The notes under the pieces were generated by a model. That model did not search any database and was not told the origin of the DNA. It saw only the letters and a list, made by a program, of their open reading frames with translations. DNA of 63,889 nt, counting the filler, from Candidatus Woesearchaeota archaeon (GTDB taxonomy: Archaea > Nanobdellota > Nanobdellia > Woesearchaeales > GCA-2685855): NCBI GenBank assembly GCA_002685855.1. It is 4 parts of 4 records of this genome, joined end to end, with 100 filler letters (N's around TTAATTAATTAA, not from the genome) between each part and the next. Parts side by side here need not be neighbours in the genome. Positions count along the whole stretch, not along the records: positions 18,795 to 40,388 come from NYYS01000033.1; 3 more parts are not named here. One strand, given 5' to 3'. Every line of letters starts with the position of its first letter. Position 1 is the first letter of the stretch. Below, one piece after another: positions 18,695 to 28,810 of this stretch. The position numbers and the translations under genes are program-made.

Positions 18695-18794
18695 NNNNNN
18701 NNNNNNNNNNNNNNNNNNNNNNNNNNNNNNNNNNNNNNTTAATTAATTAANNNNNNNNNNNNNNNNNNNNNNNNNNNNNNNNNNNNNNNNNNNN
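18695..18794. other. Artificial contig-joining spacer
   Basis: N44-TTAATTAATTAA-N44, giving stops in all six frames. Confidence 0.98.
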
Positions 18795-20245
18795 CTTTGG
18801 ATGGAGCTGATGTGGGCGCGAAGTGCATCAAGCTCACCTACGACACGGACATTTCGAACAGGGTCGCCCCATGTTACGGGTTTTCCTCCTATGCATTTAA
18901 GTTGTTCTTTGGCTTTGTCATGAGTGAATTTATATTTCCAGTAAGTTCCTTCAAGTTCTGCAGTAAGGAGTTCACCCATGAGAGGTATGTTGTGTTCTTG
19001 ATGGGAGTAGGTTGCAAGGGTTGTGAATATCTTTCCTATTGATGCTATTCTTTGGTCTGTTGGGTGGCGGTCGAGATATGTCTCAAGGGTTTTCGGTGAG
19101 AGGTTGAGTCGTGAGAGGGATTTATCTACGAGGTGGACTTGTATGTTTCGTAGTATTGCGTCTTGTGAATCGAGTTCGTAGGGATAATTAAAAGAGGGAT
19201 CACTGACAACGTGTTGAAGAGAGGTAAGTATTTTTTGCAGTTTTTTTACGTTTGTTGTATGGGTGAGGAGGTGTTCGATGATTTGTTCTGATTCTGGTTC
19301 CTGGTCAAGGGTGGCGAGTGCTGCATAGATGTTTCTCTTAATCTCTCTTCCCTGTCTGAAGGAAGAGGTTGCTGCGAGTTTTTTGAACTGGCTTTCTGTT
19401 TCAGGAGAGCAGCCGATTGAGGAAATTGTTGCTTGTATAGGTGCAGGCAGAGGAGAATCGATGAGTGCAGGGAGTCCTTGTTCCCGGATGTGCTGTGCAA
19501 TTCGTTCCACACTGCGGGGTACGCGAAGTTCTCTGTCGAGGGTGTAGAGTGTTTCAACACATTCTGTGTAGAGAGCTTCAGCCTGTTCAGGGGTTAGGGG
19601 TGTTTGTACTGCTCTGATGAATGGTTGTGCTGTTTGTGATGTGAAAGGAATGATTCTTGTATCGGTTTCTGTATAGTTATTGAGTCTTTGGTGGGTTGTG
19701 TCGAGCAAGGCTCTTGTTGGTTGATCGGCTGCTGTAGTAAGAAGCTCGAGGGCGCGATCAAGGTGGGTTGTTTTCTGTTTAAGGAATTCTATTTCATTGA
19801 GAAGTGTTTGTTTTTGGGTTCTTTTTTTGTAGTGACGCGATGTAAGGAGAGTTGTCCAGCTGTTTGCGATCTTTCCGGGGAGATCATCTTTTTCGCCATC
19901 CACGCTCAGTGCTGCGAGCAGTCTTTTTGCAGCACGTTCGCTTGCATGATAGGACTGCATGATCTTTGTGATGTCTGATCCAAAGTGTGCAAGTCCTGCT
20001 TCGAGTGGGTGACCAAAAATGTTTCTGTTAATTTCAATATCGAAGTGGATTGGATCATAGTATTCTCCTCTTTCTAGGATTTTGACGATCTGATTGAGAA
20101 CTTCGAGCTGAGAGATCTGATATTCTTCTCCAGGGGTATGGAATCTTTCTATGTCATCATCTCCTGGATGAAAGACTAAGCGTTGTTCCATTCTTTGTTC
20201 CATTCTTTGAGCCATACGCATTCCGAGTTCAGGCATTGCTATCAC
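18795..20245 (-). CDS. Large helical hypothetical protein (3' end truncated by contig end)
   Basis: Long ORF overlapping the upstream gene; N-terminal QRMEQRMEQRL repeat. Confidence 0.7.
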
Positions 20246-23129
20246 CTTCTGGGGCCCAGGTTGTCATTTGTTCATGATAGTCTTTAATATCTGTTGCACG
20301 GAACTGACTCCAGTGGTTCAGCCTACTTTGACGGGAAAGAAATGATCTGTATTGTTCTGGTGTGAATGCGGGCTTTACATCCATTATTCGCGCAAAGACC
20401 CACCCTCTCTCCAAGTGTCCTTCTGCAAGTTTTTCTGCTGCCTGTTCTGCTGCCTGACGTCTAAGGTCGGGATCGGATATTACTACGGGGACATGTGTTT
20501 TATAGGGGTTTTTGTTAATGTTAGGGGAGTATCCTGTTCCAAGCGGAAAGAATGTTTGCATTTCAAATTTGAAATGGATAGATGTAACTGTAAATAGGTC
20601 TCTTTCTATCGTTCTATACACTCTTTCTTGTTCTTCGGTTTCAAAGGGTTCTTCAAAGGTGTGGCCAAGTATATCGACTGCGACAGAAAGATCTCCCATA
20701 ATGTCGTCCGTACCTTTCGCTCGTGTGATCTTCTCTCGAATGACCTGTTCTTGATCGGGTGTTAAGGATACGCACCCTTTTTTTGAGAGGTTCTGAACAA
20801 GCTCTTTGTGTTGGTTGCTCAAAGAATAATACTTTTTCTCAACAATTTCTTCGACGCAACGGGAGACATATTCTGATGGAAGGACTGCACCAATTCGATC
20901 AAGGATGATGAGGTCTCTTTTTTTATCCTGTTCACATGCTGATTCAACATAGGGTTGAATATCAGCAGGTTCAGGGGGGCATCCTTCTTCGTGAAGACGA
21001 CGATATACATTTATTTTTTGACTTGTTTTCGATATGGTGGCGACGAGGTTTCTCACTCTTTCGGACGTGATAGGGGTACCTGTAAGTCTGGATTGAAGGA
21101 TGAATCTCGATGATCTTCTATATGAATGAGGTTCAAGGTCAACAAGCATGGAGTCTATTGTGTCAGCATCGAGCTGAAATTGAATTCCTCTTTGTTGAAG
21201 GTAATCTCGTGCATCTGTATAGCTACTTGGATATGCCTCAATTTTACAGTTTCGAAGTGCAGCGATCTGCGCATCTTTGGAGACAGGAATGCCTGTTTCC
21301 TGAACGAGGTCAGCAAGGGGGATGTTGCTTCTTCTGTCTCTGTCATTGTTAACAGCCTGGACTAGGAGGATGTGAAGAAGATGCTGGTAGGCGTGTTGCA
21401 TGGTTGGTGCGTCTTCGAAAGGAATGTCGGGATGGGCTTTTTTAAATTGTTTTATTTTTTTTATTGTTTCGTTTACTGTTTTTCTAATGGCTCGTTTATG
21501 GTGGTGATAGAGAGCTCTGTTGTTAATATGTCCTGCCTCCAGGGGAGAGGTGGGTCCATGGTGGGACCATCCGCTTTCTGAATGATGTTGTGTGACAGAG
21601 AGTAGTCCTGAAAGAAAGTCTAGACCGATAAGTCCGGGTTGGAGGGAAACCATTCTGTCGGGTACAGGGACTTTGTAGTCTTCAAGAAGGCCATAGGCTG
21701 ACGCTATTCTCTGTCGCGTATCACCTGCAGCCTCTTGTACAGGACCTCTTTGATCAATCTGAGAGAGTGCGGTTTCAATAGTTTCGAGAGCAAGGCTCTG
21801 AAGATAGGAGTCAGATGGTCTGTAGGCGCAAGTTGTCTGAAGAGCATTAAATGCTCGTCTTGCTTGTGCTAGAGAGTCTTTTGACCGTAGTTTTTCTTCG
21901 AGTTCTTGTTGATCTTTTCTTGAGATCTGATGTGTGTATCCTGTGGCATCTGTGAACTGAAGAAGGGCATCCCATGATTCATTTCTGATGAGCTCTTTTG
22001 CAATAGCTTTGGCAGTTCTTGGTTTTGGTGTGACTTGAGTTTGTTTTGCCATGAGGCAGAGGGAATTTATATCTTCTGCTTCATGAAGCTGTTGATATGC
22101 TGCCTGGATGTGGGAGGGAGGGAGTTTATGCTCTGATTCTGTATATAGCAGTCCAAAGAGAGGGAGGTCGTTGTGTTCAAGGGCCTTTTTTTGCAGTTTT
22201 CGGGTAAGAGGTTTTTTTGTGTGAATGGGAAAAAGCGTATTAAATCCTGAAACGATGTTCGTAGGATTAAAGGGTGATTCTAGTTCTTGATAATTAATAC
22301 AAGGTAAAGCATTGACTATCTTTTCATCAACACCTTTTAGTGTACGTGAATCGACCTCACTCAAATCAACAAGTTCGGCGAGAAGTTTGAGATGGTTGGA
22401 ATAGTAGGTGTCAATCTTGTTCATTATTATTTGATGAATAGATCCTCCTTCTTCATGAATTTTTAAGAAAGGATTGTTATGATTATCTGGCTGAAGTGCA
22501 TCTAGTTCTCTGTCTGTAACAGATTCTATTGTTTCCGGAGATATGGGGATTCCGGTTTCCTGAAATATGCGAGATTCAAGTTCAGTACTGAATTCTCGAT
22601 ATCTATGTTGACCTATTGCTCTTGTATAATATTCCTGTACAACATCATCTGTGAACATTGTGTCAGGAAAGCTGGAAGAGATTTTTTTATAATCATCGCC
22701 ACCATGATCTGTCTCACGTTGAAGGGCTTCAAGGAGGAGGACTTGTTGTGTGTGATCGTCTAATTTTCCTTCTCGAGAGAGTGCAACGATCTTTTCCATC
22801 GCATCCCATTTTCCTGATCGAATTGCTTCTGTTGCATAAGGTGCAAGGTCGCTGAATGAAGGTCGTACTCCAAGGGTTCCTGCCAGGTTGCGTACAAGTT
22901 CGAGTCTATATTGCTGGAGTGTTGAAGAGGTAACCTCGGGTTCTTCATCATATTCGGGATCGTAGTCGCTCTGAGCTTTAATAAGATCTAAGAGGTTTTC
23001 TTTTTGTTGAGGACGTTCTTTTTCAAAGTGTTTTGAAAGGAAGTATTCTGCGAAGAATCTTTCCAGTAGTCCAAAGCGATTTCTTTTTTGTCGCAATAGC
23101 TCTTCCAGGCATTCGGGAGGTGTTTTCAT
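20229..23129 (-). CDS. Large alpha-helical hypothetical protein (966 aa)
   Basis: Long uninterrupted ORF; no recognisable catalytic motif. Confidence 0.75.
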   Translation of the reverse strand: MKTPPECLEELLRQKRNRFGLLERFFAEYFLSKHFEKERPQQKENLLDLIKAQSDYDPEYDEEPEVTSSTLQQYRLELVRNLAGTLGVRPSFSDLAPYATEAIRSGKWDAMEKIVALSREGKLDDHTQQVLLLEALQRETDHGGDDYKKISSSFPDTMFTDDVVQEYYTRAIGQHRYREFSTELESRIFQETGIPISPETIESVTDRELDALQPDNHNNPFLKIHEEGGSIHQIIMNKIDTYYSNHLKLLAELVDLSEVDSRTLKGVDEKIVNALPCINYQELESPFNPTNIVSGFNTLFPIHTKKPLTRKLQKKALEHNDLPLFGLLYTESEHKLPPSHIQAAYQQLHEAEDINSLCLMAKQTQVTPKPRTAKAIAKELIRNESWDALLQFTDATGYTHQISRKDQQELEEKLRSKDSLAQARRAFNALQTTCAYRPSDSYLQSLALETIETALSQIDQRGPVQEAAGDTRQRIASAYGLLEDYKVPVPDRMVSLQPGLIGLDFLSGLLSVTQHHSESGWSHHGPTSPLEAGHINNRALYHHHKRAIRKTVNETIKKIKQFKKAHPDIPFEDAPTMQHAYQHLLHILLVQAVNNDRDRRSNIPLADLVQETGIPVSKDAQIAALRNCKIEAYPSSYTDARDYLQQRGIQFQLDADTIDSMLVDLEPHSYRRSSRFILQSRLTGTPITSERVRNLVATISKTSQKINVYRRLHEEGCPPEPADIQPYVESACEQDKKRDLIILDRIGAVLPSEYVSRCVEEIVEKKYYSLSNQHKELVQNLSKKGCVSLTPDQEQVIREKITRAKGTDDIMGDLSVAVDILGHTFEEPFETEEQERVYRTIERDLFTVTSIHFKFEMQTFFPLGTGYSPNINKNPYKTHVPVVISDPDLRRQAAEQAAEKLAEGHLERGWVFARIMDVKPAFTPEQYRSFLSRQSRLNHWSQFRATDIKDYHEQMTTWAPEGDSNA

Positions 23130-23243
23130 TGTAGTGAGGACTGAATGGGTGTTTATATTGGCGAGAAATGGGGTTGGATTTATAAAAGTTCTGAGGATTT
23201 TACCCTTATTTAGTAGTGTTTTATAAAGCGCAATATTTAAATA

Positions 23244-23267
23244 ATATTACGTACTTTTACGTAATAT
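23244..23267. promoter_or_regulatory. Perfect 10-bp inverted repeat operator between TATA box and start codon
   Basis: ATATTACGTA-CTTT-TACGTAATAT directly after TTTAAATA (23236-23243) and overlapping ATG 23266. Confidence 0.7.
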
Positions 23268-24054
23268 GGAAATAGTTGGAAGAGTAAGCAAGGGAAGCAG
23301 GATGGATCAGGTCTATATTCCAAAACAGAGGTCAGGGTTTGCTGTAGGTAGTTATGTAGTGCTGAGATCTCTAGTTGAACCTCTGGAAAAGAGGTCGCTT
23401 TATTATTATCATGTTAATGATCTTGAGCCAGTGAAGGTGACTATTATCCAGCGTGTTATGGATGAGATTGAACAGAGTAGTGGTGGCTGTGAGAATTGTA
23501 TTGTTATGGGTTCGTTTTTGGATAAGGGTTTTTTCTTTAATGATGTAGATGTTCTTGTTGTTGATGGAGTTGAAACAGATAGGAAGGGAATAGAAGATCG
23601 ATTACGAAAGAGTCTGGGGATTCGTGTTCATCTTCATGTTCTAAGCCAGAAAAAACTGAGGCATTGTTTATCTGTTGACCCGATGTATCAGGTTATGTTG
23701 AGTAGATGTGTGACTCGAAAGAGGTTTTTGTATAAGGTAAAAAAGAAAGTTGAGTATAAGGTGTTGGATCTTTATCTTTTGAAGAGCGAGGTTCTTATTG
23801 AAAATTTTGAGTTTCTTTCAGGGAATGAAAAGTATGATCTTGTTAGAAATATGATTGCCATAGACCTTTTCTTGAAAAGTGACAAGGTTTCAAGGAGTAG
23901 TGTAGATAAGGAGATCGAACGAGTTTTTTCTGTTCGAATAAGGGATTTGAAGAAGAATCTTGTTGAGAAAAGAAGTTTTCTGAAAATCTTTCGAAAAAAG
24001 TATGAGAAGACTTTTAATGCTGTCTTGAATCATTCGAAGAATGGTTCAGAATAG
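23266..24054 (+). CDS. AbrB-like domain plus minimal nucleotidyltransferase (MNT) protein
   Basis: N-terminal GRVSKGSRMDQVYIPK..GSYVVL; Pol-beta motif GSFL....NDVDVLVVD. Confidence 0.65.
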   Translation: MEIVGRVSKGSRMDQVYIPKQRSGFAVGSYVVLRSLVEPLEKRSLYYYHVNDLEPVKVTIIQRVMDEIEQSSGGCENCIVMGSFLDKGFFFNDVDVLVVDGVETDRKGIEDRLRKSLGIRVHLHVLSQKKLRHCLSVDPMYQVMLSRCVTRKRFLYKVKKKVEYKVLDLYLLKSEVLIENFEFLSGNEKYDLVRNMIAIDLFLKSDKVSRSSVDKEIERVFSVRIRDLKKNLVEKRSFLKIFRKKYEKTFNAVLNHSKNGSE

Positions 24055-24382
24055 GAAGAAGCTTATTCAGCTTTTGATTGGAAATCTGTCAAATTATGTT
24101 GTCCATGCAGTTCTTGCAGAAGCGATAGAGGATGATGGCATTATGGAACGGTATCGGAAGGAAGGTCTTACAAGTTTTCGTCTTGCAGAGGGTTATCGGG
24201 AAAGAATACATCCCAAAAGAGAGGTGTTTTCTGGTAAAGATGTTGTTCATATTCGTGTATGTGTAGGGCAGAGGACACGGAATGAGTTGAGAAAACGGAT
24301 TTGTAGAGGGTATGAAGGGATTGATTTGGGGTTGGTTGAGGTGTATGTTGAAAGAGCCCTTGTATTGATAGGAATTGTTTGA
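24041..24382 (+). CDS. Small helical protein coupled to the MNT gene
   Basis: Overlaps the MNT stop codon; 113 aa, predicted all-helical. Confidence 0.6.
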   Translation: MVQNRKKLIQLLIGNLSNYVVHAVLAEAIEDDGIMERYRKEGLTSFRLAEGYRERIHPKREVFSGKDVVHIRVCVGQRTRNELRKRICRGYEGIDLGLVEVYVERALVLIGIV

Positions 24383-24416
24383 AAGTTTTTTAAAGAAGGT
24401 CAGGTTTCTTTTTTTT

Positions 24417-26102
24417 ATGGATGCCTATTTTAAAGAGTTAATATCGCTTATTAAGGAGCGAGGTCCGAGTAAGGAGCAGTTGAGTCGGTTGAAGATTGAG
24501 TTGTGTAGGAAGTATGGGCGGAAGAGTATTCCTACAGATATTGAGGTGTTGCTGAATGTTGGAGTGGAGGATCTTGATCTTGTTCGAAAATTTCTTGTGA
24601 CTAAGCCGGTGAGAACGCAGTCTGGTGTGGCTGTTGTGGCGGTGATGACTGCGCCGTTCTCTTGTAAGCATGGCAAGTGCACGTTTTGTCCGGGGGGGCC
24701 GGGGAGTGTGTATGGGGATATGCCTATGAGTTATACGGGAAAGGAGCCGAGTACGATGCGGGGGGTGCGGAATCGGTATGATCCGTATCTTATTGTGATG
24801 AATCGGCTGGAGCAGTATGTTGTGCTGGGGCAGAGTCCGGAGAAGGTGGAGGTTGTTGTGATGGGGGGGACGTTTCCGAGTTTTGATGTTGGGTATCAGA
24901 CGGATTTTGTGCGGGGGGTGTTTCAGGCGTTGAATGATTTTTCTGAGTTGTTTTTTGATGGGTCGGAATTTTCTGTGGAGCGGTTTAAGGAGTTTTTTGA
25001 GTTGCCAGGGAAGGTTGCTGATGCGGGTCGTGTTGAGAGGATTCATCGGAAGTTGAATGTGTATGAGGGGAGGAGGAAGGGGAGTTTGGAGGATGAGGAA
25101 GGTCGGAATGAGCGGAGTTGTATTCGTTGTGTTGCGTTGTGTATTGAGACAAAGCCTGATTGGTGTATGCGTTCTGAGATTGATCGGATGCTTGTGCAGG
25201 GGACGACGCGTGTTGAGTTGGGGGTGCAGTCAGTGTATGATTCTGTTTTGAAGGGTGTGAATCGGGGGCATAGTGTTGAGGATTCTATTGATGCTACTCG
25301 GTTGTTGAAGGATAGTTTGTTGAAGGTTACGTATCATGTGATGCCGGGGCTGCCAGGAGTTAGTGCTGAGGAGGATGAGGCGGGTTTGTTGAAGTTATTT
25401 TCTGATCCCAGGTTTCGTCCGGATGCGTTGAAGGTGTATCCGTGTATGGTGATGCCGGGGACTCCTTTGTGGGAGCAGTGGAAGCGGGGGGAGTTTGTTC
25501 CGTTGAGTACAGCTGAGGCGGCTGAACGGATTGCGCGGTTTAAGCGGATTATTCCGAAGTGGTGCCGGGTGATGCGGGTGCAGCGGGATATTCCCACATA
25601 TCAGACTGAGGCAGGTGTGGATCGTACTAATTTACGGCAGTATATTGAGAAGGTGATGAAGGAGAAGGGGTGGAGGTGCAGGTGTATTCGGTGTCGGGAG
25701 CCGAAGCAGGATTCTGTGTTTGAGGATGTGCAGGTGTTGGTAGAGGAGTATGATGCGAGTGAGGGGAAGGAGGTGTTTATTAGTGTTGAGGATGTGGAGA
25801 AGGATGTGTTGTTGGGTTTTTGTCGGCTGCGGATTCCTTCGAAGCCGTTTCGAAAGGAGTTTGGGTTGAAGACTGCGGGGATTCGGGAGGTGCATGTGTA
25901 TGGGCGGGCTGTGGGTTTGGGTGGAGAGGGGGAGGTGCAGCACAAGGGATTGGGGATGCGTCTTGTGCAGGAGGCAGAGCGGATTGCCCGGGAGAAGGGG
26001 ATGGAGGAGATGTTGATTATTTCTGGGGTGGGGGTTAGAGAGTATTATGAGAAGAAACTAGGGTATAGGCGGAAGGGAGTGTATGTTTGGAAGAGGTTGT
26101 GA
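24417..26102 (+). CDS. elp3: Elongator protein 3 (radical SAM-GNAT tRNA U34 acetyltransferase)
   Basis: KPVRTQSGVAVVAVM, CKHGKCTFCPGG, SYTGKEP, TRVELGVQS, RVQRDIP, REVHVYG, QHKGLG, ISGVGVREYY. Confidence 0.97.
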   Translation: MDAYFKELISLIKERGPSKEQLSRLKIELCRKYGRKSIPTDIEVLLNVGVEDLDLVRKFLVTKPVRTQSGVAVVAVMTAPFSCKHGKCTFCPGGPGSVYGDMPMSYTGKEPSTMRGVRNRYDPYLIVMNRLEQYVVLGQSPEKVEVVVMGGTFPSFDVGYQTDFVRGVFQALNDFSELFFDGSEFSVERFKEFFELPGKVADAGRVERIHRKLNVYEGRRKGSLEDEEGRNERSCIRCVALCIETKPDWCMRSEIDRMLVQGTTRVELGVQSVYDSVLKGVNRGHSVEDSIDATRLLKDSLLKVTYHVMPGLPGVSAEEDEAGLLKLFSDPRFRPDALKVYPCMVMPGTPLWEQWKRGEFVPLSTAEAAERIARFKRIIPKWCRVMRVQRDIPTYQTEAGVDRTNLRQYIEKVMKEKGWRCRCIRCREPKQDSVFEDVQVLVEEYDASEGKEVFISVEDVEKDVLLGFCRLRIPSKPFRKEFGLKTAGIREVHVYGRAVGLGGEGEVQHKGLGMRLVQEAERIAREKGMEEMLIISGVGVREYYEKKLGYRRKGVYVWKRL

Positions 26103-26197
26103 GATGGTTTTTTTAGAGAAGTATGAAGGGATTAATTGATGTTAAACCATTACTGTGTTTTGAAACTTTTTTAAAATCATTATAGGCAAGAGAAACT

Positions 26198-27079
26198 TTA
26201 CCTTATTTCAAACGTAGCATCTGTATATTCTATTTTCAAATCTTTCAGCAAACGATAACAAGATACAGAAACTCCGACAATCAAACAATCGGTTAACTTT
26301 TCTAAATCAGGATCATCTTCACCCCTCCAATCATCATCAAGACCCTCACTGTCAGAGATTGATTCTCTAAGTATTTCCTCATCATCTATTGGAACTAGTG
26401 CCGAAAGAAGAACCCCATATCCTTTTTCTCCCTGGTAGCGTCCTGCGAATGCTCTTATTGGTGTCCAATCTACACCCGGATTTGTTAGGTTAATAGTTCC
26501 TGCATCAATTTTTTCCTCATCATCTGTAGAGCATGTGTCAAATGGTGGAACTTCTAAACCTCTGTAAATTTTGAGCATTTGTGTTCCATCTACTTCAATT
26601 ATTTCAGGAATGCCTTCTGACATGCGTTTTGCATAGAGCGACTGAAAAGGGAGATACTTATATTCTACTCGCCAACACTCCTCAGAATCAAGAAATGCTG
26701 TATCTGAAAGAGTTCCATCTTCATCACTATAAATATGGAAATATTCACAGACGTGTTTTAATATTAACTTTGCGCCAAATAAGGTTTCTGTACCTACCTG
26801 CTGAACATATTTTTTTGCATGAATTATAAAATCAGACTTAAAGTGTGGAAGGGTGTCCTGTACAGAATATCTCTCATCATAAAAAGAACCCGTGATATAC
26901 TCTTCAAGACCTTCTGTTATGGCATCTTGAATCTCTTCAACTTTATCTCCAACAATCTCCCTGAATTCTATTCCTACTTTCGATCTAGCTTCAGCTATTT
27001 CTTTTTCTAGAGAAAGAACATTTTCCTCACTTATTTCATGATTTGAAATGCGCTTAGCCAGATCGTCTTTTAATGCCAT
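26198..27079 (-). CDS. Acidic hypothetical protein, possible C-terminal ADP-ribosyltransferase-like domain
   Basis: N-terminal coiled coil; KIYRGL...GVDWT...AFAGRY...GVLLSALVP. Confidence 0.5.
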   Translation of the reverse strand: MALKDDLAKRISNHEISEENVLSLEKEIAEARSKVGIEFREIVGDKVEEIQDAITEGLEEYITGSFYDERYSVQDTLPHFKSDFIIHAKKYVQQVGTETLFGAKLILKHVCEYFHIYSDEDGTLSDTAFLDSEECWRVEYKYLPFQSLYAKRMSEGIPEIIEVDGTQMLKIYRGLEVPPFDTCSTDDEEKIDAGTINLTNPGVDWTPIRAFAGRYQGEKGYGVLLSALVPIDDEEILRESISDSEGLDDDWRGEDDPDLEKLTDCLIVGVSVSCYRLLKDLKIEYTDATFEIR

Positions 27080-27181
27080 AAAATCAAAATTTTTATTCTA
27101 TTTATAAAACTTCCTATTTATTACCATTTTTAAGTGATGAAATAAGGAAATATTTATAAAGGATTTAGGGCTTCTTAGAGG

Positions 27182-28810
27182 ATGTCAGAGCTACTTAGAC
27201 GGATTCATGAAGAGTTTCCCGGGTTTGAGGCATTTTCTCTTGATATGTCTCAAGGAGGGTTTCATACAGATTGGTTTCCCCTAGGCAAAATTCCCCTTCG
27301 AAGAGACTCTCTTCGGATCACGATCATTCCTGGTGTGTTTGTAAAAGAGGGGTTTATCGAACACCTTATGCGTGGGGGTTCATTTGATGAATATCTGCGG
27401 GGATCGCTGGATTGTATGGTAAGTGGTGTAAAAGATGGACTATTGGTAATTTTAAATGAGGATGAAGAGGCAGAATACACTCCGGAATCGGTTCCTCAAC
27501 TTTTTATTGGTGATGTAGCAGAATCAGAGGGATCAAAGGTGGTTTCTGCACCTGTTGAGAAGATTATCGAGGTGTTAAAGACTCTTCAGGATACAGGATT
27601 GGAAGGCTATCTTGCGGATTGTTCTCGAACTGAATTAAGGGGAAGAAAGAGGCTGCAAAGGGATGCACAAATTGTTGCTGAATTTTTTGAAAGGGATCGA
27701 TTGTATATAGATGCAAAGGAGTTTTTCAGGAATGCTCCTCTTAGTTTAGATATACAAGCGCTGTCCCCTCACGACTTTAGTGTATATGGACAACAGCTTA
27801 TTCTTGAAGAGATGCGTAAGACGACAGGAAGCCCGGATGTTAGTATGCGACTTGCTCAATTTTTTGGAGGGTATGGAGTATTTGAATCCAGAGCAGAGTT
27901 TAAAGATAGGACTCATGAGGTAGCAGCAGATTTGAGCATGAAAAGGTTTAGGTTAGGAGAGGATTTTTATGAAAATGTACGAGATGAAATGTATCAGCTG
28001 GGCGGTCCTTCTTTTATGGAAAAACTTATTCAACAAATTCAAATTATTGGAAAGGGTCAGGATCATTTTCTTAGTGCTGATCTTGTGTTTTCTGACTGTC
28101 GTTCTAGATATAGCAAGGGTTTGGTTAAAAAAAGATTCCTTCATGAAGAGGTTGCATTGAATGTTGCTCCTGCTCTTTTACATGACACGAAATTTTTAGA
28201 AGCCACAATAAAACATCAACTTGAAGTAGTCAAAGAAGGGTTGTTTGATGATGATGTTTCAGGAACTTATACGGATTGTTTTCCTGTACAGGGATCTGAT
28301 AGAAGTTATTTTCTGAAACGGTTGAATATTCGACGTGTTCGTGGAGCAGATCATGAGCTTGTTAGCGCTTCACAGATTCGTGATAAAGGTTTGTATGTTC
28401 CTGAGGGTTTGGGACTTGTTGTTATTGGTTCTCTTCCCTATCTTGTGTTTGAACATGTTTCGAATGCGATAGATCTTTCTGGGATATATGGGGAGAATGA
28501 GGAAGAACGAAGAAGGCTTAATGCAGCAAAACAGGAACATGAGCCAGAGATCTATCGTTTGTTAGGAGGTTATGTTCAGAATATGTTTGATTGTGGTGTC
28601 AGGGATGAGGATATGGCTTTGCGTAATTTTATGGTGGAGTTTGGAAGAGGTGTTGAACGTGTGTTCATGGTAGATTTTGAAAAGACAACGATCCAGAAAG
28701 GGGGATTGAGTGAGCTTCAGCGGGCTAGAACCTTGGAACAGTTTTTTGAATTGAATGTGTTGAGTGATGAGAGGAGAGGGTATTTTCTGGAAGGGTATTC
28801 TCAGATGTAG
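27182..28810 (+). CDS. Protein with C-terminal Kdo/WaaP/Bud32-like kinase domain
   Basis: YFLKR, E helix, VPEGLG, LVFEHV, DEDMALRNFMV, MVDFE. Confidence 0.7.
   Translation: MSELLRRIHEEFPGFEAFSLDMSQGGFHTDWFPLGKIPLRRDSLRITIIPGVFVKEGFIEHLMRGGSFDEYLRGSLDCMVSGVKDGLLVILNEDEEAEYTPESVPQLFIGDVAESEGSKVVSAPVEKIIEVLKTLQDTGLEGYLADCSRTELRGRKRLQRDAQIVAEFFERDRLYIDAKEFFRNAPLSLDIQALSPHDFSVYGQQLILEEMRKTTGSPDVSMRLAQFFGGYGVFESRAEFKDRTHEVAADLSMKRFRLGEDFYENVRDEMYQLGGPSFMEKLIQQIQIIGKGQDHFLSADLVFSDCRSRYSKGLVKKRFLHEEVALNVAPALLHDTKFLEATIKHQLEVVKEGLFDDDVSGTYTDCFPVQGSDRSYFLKRLNIRRVRGADHELVSASQIRDKGLYVPEGLGLVVIGSLPYLVFEHVSNAIDLSGIYGENEEERRRLNAAKQEHEPEIYRLLGGYVQNMFDCGVRDEDMALRNFMVEFGRGVERVFMVDFEKTTIQKGGLSELQRARTLEQFFELNVLSDERRGYFLEGYSQM

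Noticed and set aside
18695..18794. TTAATTAATTAA palindrome flanked by Ns, repeated at 40389-40488 and 56099-56198
   Set aside because: Artificial six-frame-stop linker between contigs; not biological, and no gene-context inference was made across it
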